Positions 40,349-42,861 of a stretch of 42,861 bases of DNA are shown here, one piece after another. Below the pieces are notes generated by a model, which was not told where the DNA came from, did no database searches, and saw only the letters and a list, made by a program, of their open reading frames with translations. Position numbers and translations under genes: made by a program. How positions within the stretch are numbered: position 1 is the stretch's first letter; every line of letters begins with the position of its first letter. Origin of the DNA: Oscillospiraceae bacterium (lineage in GTDB: Bacteria; Bacillota_I; Bacilli_A; RFN20; CAG-826); NCBI GenBank assembly GCA_963644615.1, contig CAVIPP010000002.1, positions 1 through 42,861 of the forward strand. Reading direction: 5' to 3'.

Positions 40349-40660
40349 ATTATCTCATTGTAGACTTGAACTACTGAGTCCGTATCCTAATGGACAGCTT
40401 ATTCTCCTTTTGATCTCTTGTGTGCGGAGTCTTTGTCGTACGGCCTTTCGGTTGGTCGAGTTTGGAGATAACTTACCCGGAGGTTCGCTACCACACTGCT
40501 CGACCTGACTCTAAAACCACCCACATTGATTTCCATTCCGACTTCACTGACTAGGAACTTCGTTCACTCCTCACGATCCGACCTCTCTGTGCCGATAGGG
40601 GCAGGTTGCGGGCCCGATCCATCATCCTACCACGAATAATGGAGTCCCCCATGAGATAAT
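40349..40660 (-). ncRNA. Unclassified ~310-nt GC-rich structured RNA; strand inferred from the terminator and flanking genes
   Basis: G+C is visibly near 50% against roughly 30% in the flanks. A 10-bp closing helix joins 40651-40660 to 40349-40358. There is a T-arm-like hairpin GUAG-UUCAAGU-CUAC (40360-40374). Nested long-range helices include GGUCGAG/CUCGACC (40499-40505 with 40454-40460) and GAGUC/GACUC. A CC-GAAA-GG tetraloop hairpin is present. It starts at the nucleotide after the GT2 stop codon. No ORF with local codon usage. Confidence 0.6.
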
Positions 40661-41740
40661 CTAAATAAATAAATAAGAACTAGTATCTAATGAATATTTT
40701 TCATCAATGTATTGAAGATAATCATTCCATAGTATTTTTTCCATTGTAAAGTGAAATTTTTTACTAATATCTGTGCGACATTGAGAATATCAATAAGCAC
40801 GCTGACGATTCGTTGTATTTTTTACTGTTTTTCCAAAGTTAATAACCATTTTAACGAATAATTCTTCTAATTGTTGATATTTAAATCGAGTATTTTCATT
40901 AGTTAAATCTTGAAAATCGTCAGAAGAAATAATTAGGTATGTGAATACCATTGATATTATAAGCAACTCATCTCATCTTCTGCAATTTTGGTAAGAAGGG
41001 AAAAGAGCCTCTAAAACCGCGTAAGTCGAAGCAATATAGTCATCAGTATTCCAATACATGTATGTTTTACCATCATGATTCCAACGAGAAGTTACGCTAT
41101 TTGGATTTCTTTTTCATAGGTAAGCATTAATTGGCAAATGAATTGCATAAGAAGCAGGAGCAGATAAGCCTACTACTTTGCCAAAATAAGTGTCTTCAAA
41201 GGTTCTTAAAGATGGATGAAATTTAATATTATGTTGTTTAATAAAATCTCTATTTCATACTTTGCCATGCATCCAAATCATTGATGGTTGATTATGAGGA
41301 TATAAGAAATATCCTTTATCTTCTGTTATTTGTTCTTCTAAAAAATCGCACCATATATAATTTCAAGGTTGATGTTTAGCTTCTAATGAACGAATCTCAT
41401 TTAATATCTTCATCAATACGGTTGAGTCGTATAATTGATCGTCCGCATCACAGAACATTATATAAGGTAAATTAGTATGATCCATACCACATTGCCGCGC
41501 CAAACCAGCACCACCATTCTTTTCTGTTTGTATTACCTCAATAGGAAAAGAAAAGTTATGAAGAAAATCCTCTGTTAATTCCCTTCTGCCGTTTTCGTCC
41601 GCATCGTTGACAATGGTGACTTTGATAACTTTATTTAAGTTTAATCCTACTTGTATATTTATAGAGGAAAGTAAATGACCTATTACTTCTTTCTTTTCTT
41701 GATAATGCGGAATAATTATATCTAAACAAGGTAAAGTCAT
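40661..41740 (-). CDS. Family-2 glycosyltransferase (GT-A fold, 359 aa)
   Basis: IIIPHYQ...VNDADENG...MFCDADD (DxD). Track ORF 41363..41740 extends in frame; I translated it fully: 5 TGA (41363, 41255, 41114, 40973, 40790) and TAG at 40661. Confidence 0.8.
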
Positions 41741-41759
41741 ATTGTTTTATTGTCTCCTG

Positions 41760-42683
41760 TTAGTTTTTAAGATTAAGATTTTTAATAATATCTAACGCAG
41801 CTGCGGCGCCATCTCCGCATGCAAGCACAATTTGTTTATATGGTTTCGAAGTGCAGTCTCCAACCGCATAAAATCTTTCAAGGGATGTGCGGCCGCAAGG
41901 TTGAGTTATAATAAAATCTTTATCATCTAATTGTATATCTTTAAAGTCTTTAAGAATGGCGTTATTTGATTTTTGTCCTATTGCGATGAAAACGCCATCA
42001 ACAGGCATAGAAAATTCTTTCTTTTCTTTCTCATTGCCTAATGTTAAACGTCCTTTTACTAACATGCGGTCTTTATCTTGTTCAAAAGAACTAGTAAACC
42101 AGAACGGCACTATTGAAAGCTTTTGTTCTTCTTCAAGTTGTCTAATTGCATCTTTCCATTTTTCTTCACCGAACAAATTATTTGTAAGTGTTAATAAAGA
42201 TACATGTTTTACATATTCACTCAAAGCGATAGCATATTGCATTGCACTATTGCCATCACCAATCACTGCCACGTCTTTATCTGCGTAAAGAGGTCCATCA
42301 CAAGTCACGCAATAATGTATATGATCGAGATCTTCACCTGGCACCTTTAATTTTAAATGTTCACTGCCGGTTGCCCATATAAGGTATTTTGATTCAAAAA
42401 CCGCCGCTTCAGTGTTAACCCGTAGACCATTTTTAAGCTTGGTGATTGAAATTACTTCACCAAAAATAAAATCTATGTCTTGTTCAATAGGATTAAACAT
42501 TTCTTCTGCTAATTGAAAACCACTGCCGTTAAAGCCAGGATAGTTTTCTATATAAGGTGCTTTAGACATATTACCGCCAATAACATCTTTTTCTATAATG
42601 GCTACTGTCTTTTTGGCACGTCTTAAATAAATGGCCGCAGTAATTCCCGCAGGACCTGCTCCTACAATAATTACATCATACAT
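41760..42683 (-). CDS. trxB: Thioredoxin-disulfide reductase
   Basis: VIIVGAGPAG (FAD), CVTCDG redox-active dithiol, VIGDGNSA (NADPH), AVGDC. No TGA; 3 Trp, all TGG. Confidence 0.85.
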   Translation of the reverse strand: MYDVIIVGAGPAGITAAIYLRRAKKTVAIIEKDVIGGNMSKAPYIENYPGFNGSGFQLAEEMFNPIEQDIDFIFGEVISITKLKNGLRVNTEAAVFESKYLIWATGSEHLKLKVPGEDLDHIHYCVTCDGPLYADKDVAVIGDGNSAMQYAIALSEYVKHVSLLTLTNNLFGEEKWKDAIRQLEEEQKLSIVPFWFTSSFEQDKDRMLVKGRLTLGNEKEKKEFSMPVDGVFIAIGQKSNNAILKDFKDIQLDDKDFIITQPCGRTSLERFYAVGDCTSKPYKQIVLACGDGAAAALDIIKNLNLKN

Positions 42684-42706
42684 TTTATTTTCTCCTAATA
42701 TATTTT

Positions 42707-42735
42707 ATTATAAGAAGTTTCTTTTACTTTGTCAA
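42707..42735 (-). promoter_or_regulatory. Consensus sigma-70 promoter for trxB, the GT2 gene and the structured RNA
   Basis: Minus strand: TTGACA (42730-42735), 17-nt spacer, TATAAT (42707-42712). Confidence 0.65.
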
Positions 42736-42823
42736 GAAAAAGTCTTTTAGCCATTTTTTGATAATGATAAAGTTGCTTTATTTGGCTTTTTATTGTCTAA
42801 TTATAATAGACAGTGGGGAATCT

Positions 42824-42861
42824 ATGAGTATAAAAATTAAATTGAAAGAAGAGAATAATAT
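42824..42861 (+). CDS. Start of a divergent ORF (MSIKIKLKEENN...), runs off the window
   Basis: GGGGA RBS-like element, ATG 42824, TATAAT at 42802-42807. Too short to assess. Confidence 0.3.
   Translation, partial: MSIKIKLKEENN

Noticed and set aside
40349-40660. Calling the structured RNA a tmRNA, RNase P RNA, T-box leader, SRP RNA or rRNA fragment
   Set aside because: tmRNA: no 3' acceptor strand for GGGGGAC, no G3.U70, no CCA and no tag ORF. RNase P: no GAGGAAAGUCC or P4 elements. T-box: GGGUGGU occurs about 170 nt from the terminator and lacks ACCGCG. SRP: no GGAA-tetraloop domain IV. An 11-nt match to 16S (GAAGTCGGAAT) is not colinear with other matches. Only a covariance-model search can settle this.
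1868-42288. Numerous track ORFs antisense to or nested in large genes: 1868..2155, 7881..8063, 9808..9999, 12232..12444, 13810..14037, 14732..15007, 18029..18454, 21353..21631, 22079..22321, 24847..25059, 25565..25783, 25860..26042, 28371..28571, 32216..32458, 32256..32489, 37766..37990, 41956..42288
   Set aside because: They overlap well-supported genes with clear motifs, lack RBSs and have odd composition. They are shadow ORFs of the kind expected in AT-rich DNA.
1-42861. TGA read as Gly (table 25) or as Ser because of the long variable arm
   Set aside because: Two TGA positions align to conserved Trp in RNase HI (WxKxGW), and a third falls at an aromatic (F/W) position of the GIY-YIG LxxxWNK motif. 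The tRNA has A1:U72 and G73 as in tRNA-Trp. Ser cannot be formally excluded without aminoacylation or proteomic data.
1-42861. CRISPR arrays, rRNA genes, integrase/attachment sites, transposases
   Set aside because: I saw no repeat-spacer arrays, no rRNA-like stretches and no recognisable integrase or transposase ORF. Whether this is a free phage or a prophage cannot be decided from this window.

Overview
AT-rich ~43 kb segment of a tailed dsDNA phage or prophage. Firmicutes/Mollicutes-type features include an LL-H-type holin, an S74 tail-fibre chaperone domain, a lipobox lipoprotein and sigma-70 consensus promoters. Right of ~2.7 kb nearly everything is on the minus strand. Modules: tail and tail-fibre genes (1-2615; 27407-31693); a minus-strand operon with a RuvC-like resolvase (2701-6388); a lysis cassette (6568-7402); and a replication/recombination block (7446-26150) with DnaQ-like exonuclease, intron-split DnaE-type polymerase, RecJ-like DHH protein, primase, DnaB helicase, SSAP and type IIA topoisomerase A+B. 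Further right lie a UvrD-like helicase, RNase HI, a second DEDD exonuclease, dUTPase, an LplA-like protein, a GT2 glycosyltransferase and thioredoxin reductase. Main observations follow. (1) The standard-code ORF track fragments about 20 genes; each becomes one ORF if TGA is read as Trp (roughly 95 in-frame TGA by my hand count). No gene then ends in TGA, and the large replication genes contain no TGA at all, so the window is a code mosaic. (2) A 95-nt tRNA with anticodon UCA has tRNA-Trp-like acceptor and anticodon arms plus an extra long arm whose 7-nt loop reads UU-CCA-AC, a second Trp-anticodon-like loop. A GIY-YIG endonuclease gene abuts its 5' end. (3) The DnaE gene is split by a 635-nt group I intron carrying a decayed GIY-YIG homing endonuclease. 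(4) A ~310-nt GC-rich, highly structured RNA that I could not classify sits immediately upstream of a GIY-YIG-fusion nuclease gene. All calls are from manual translation and motif recognition; no searches were run.
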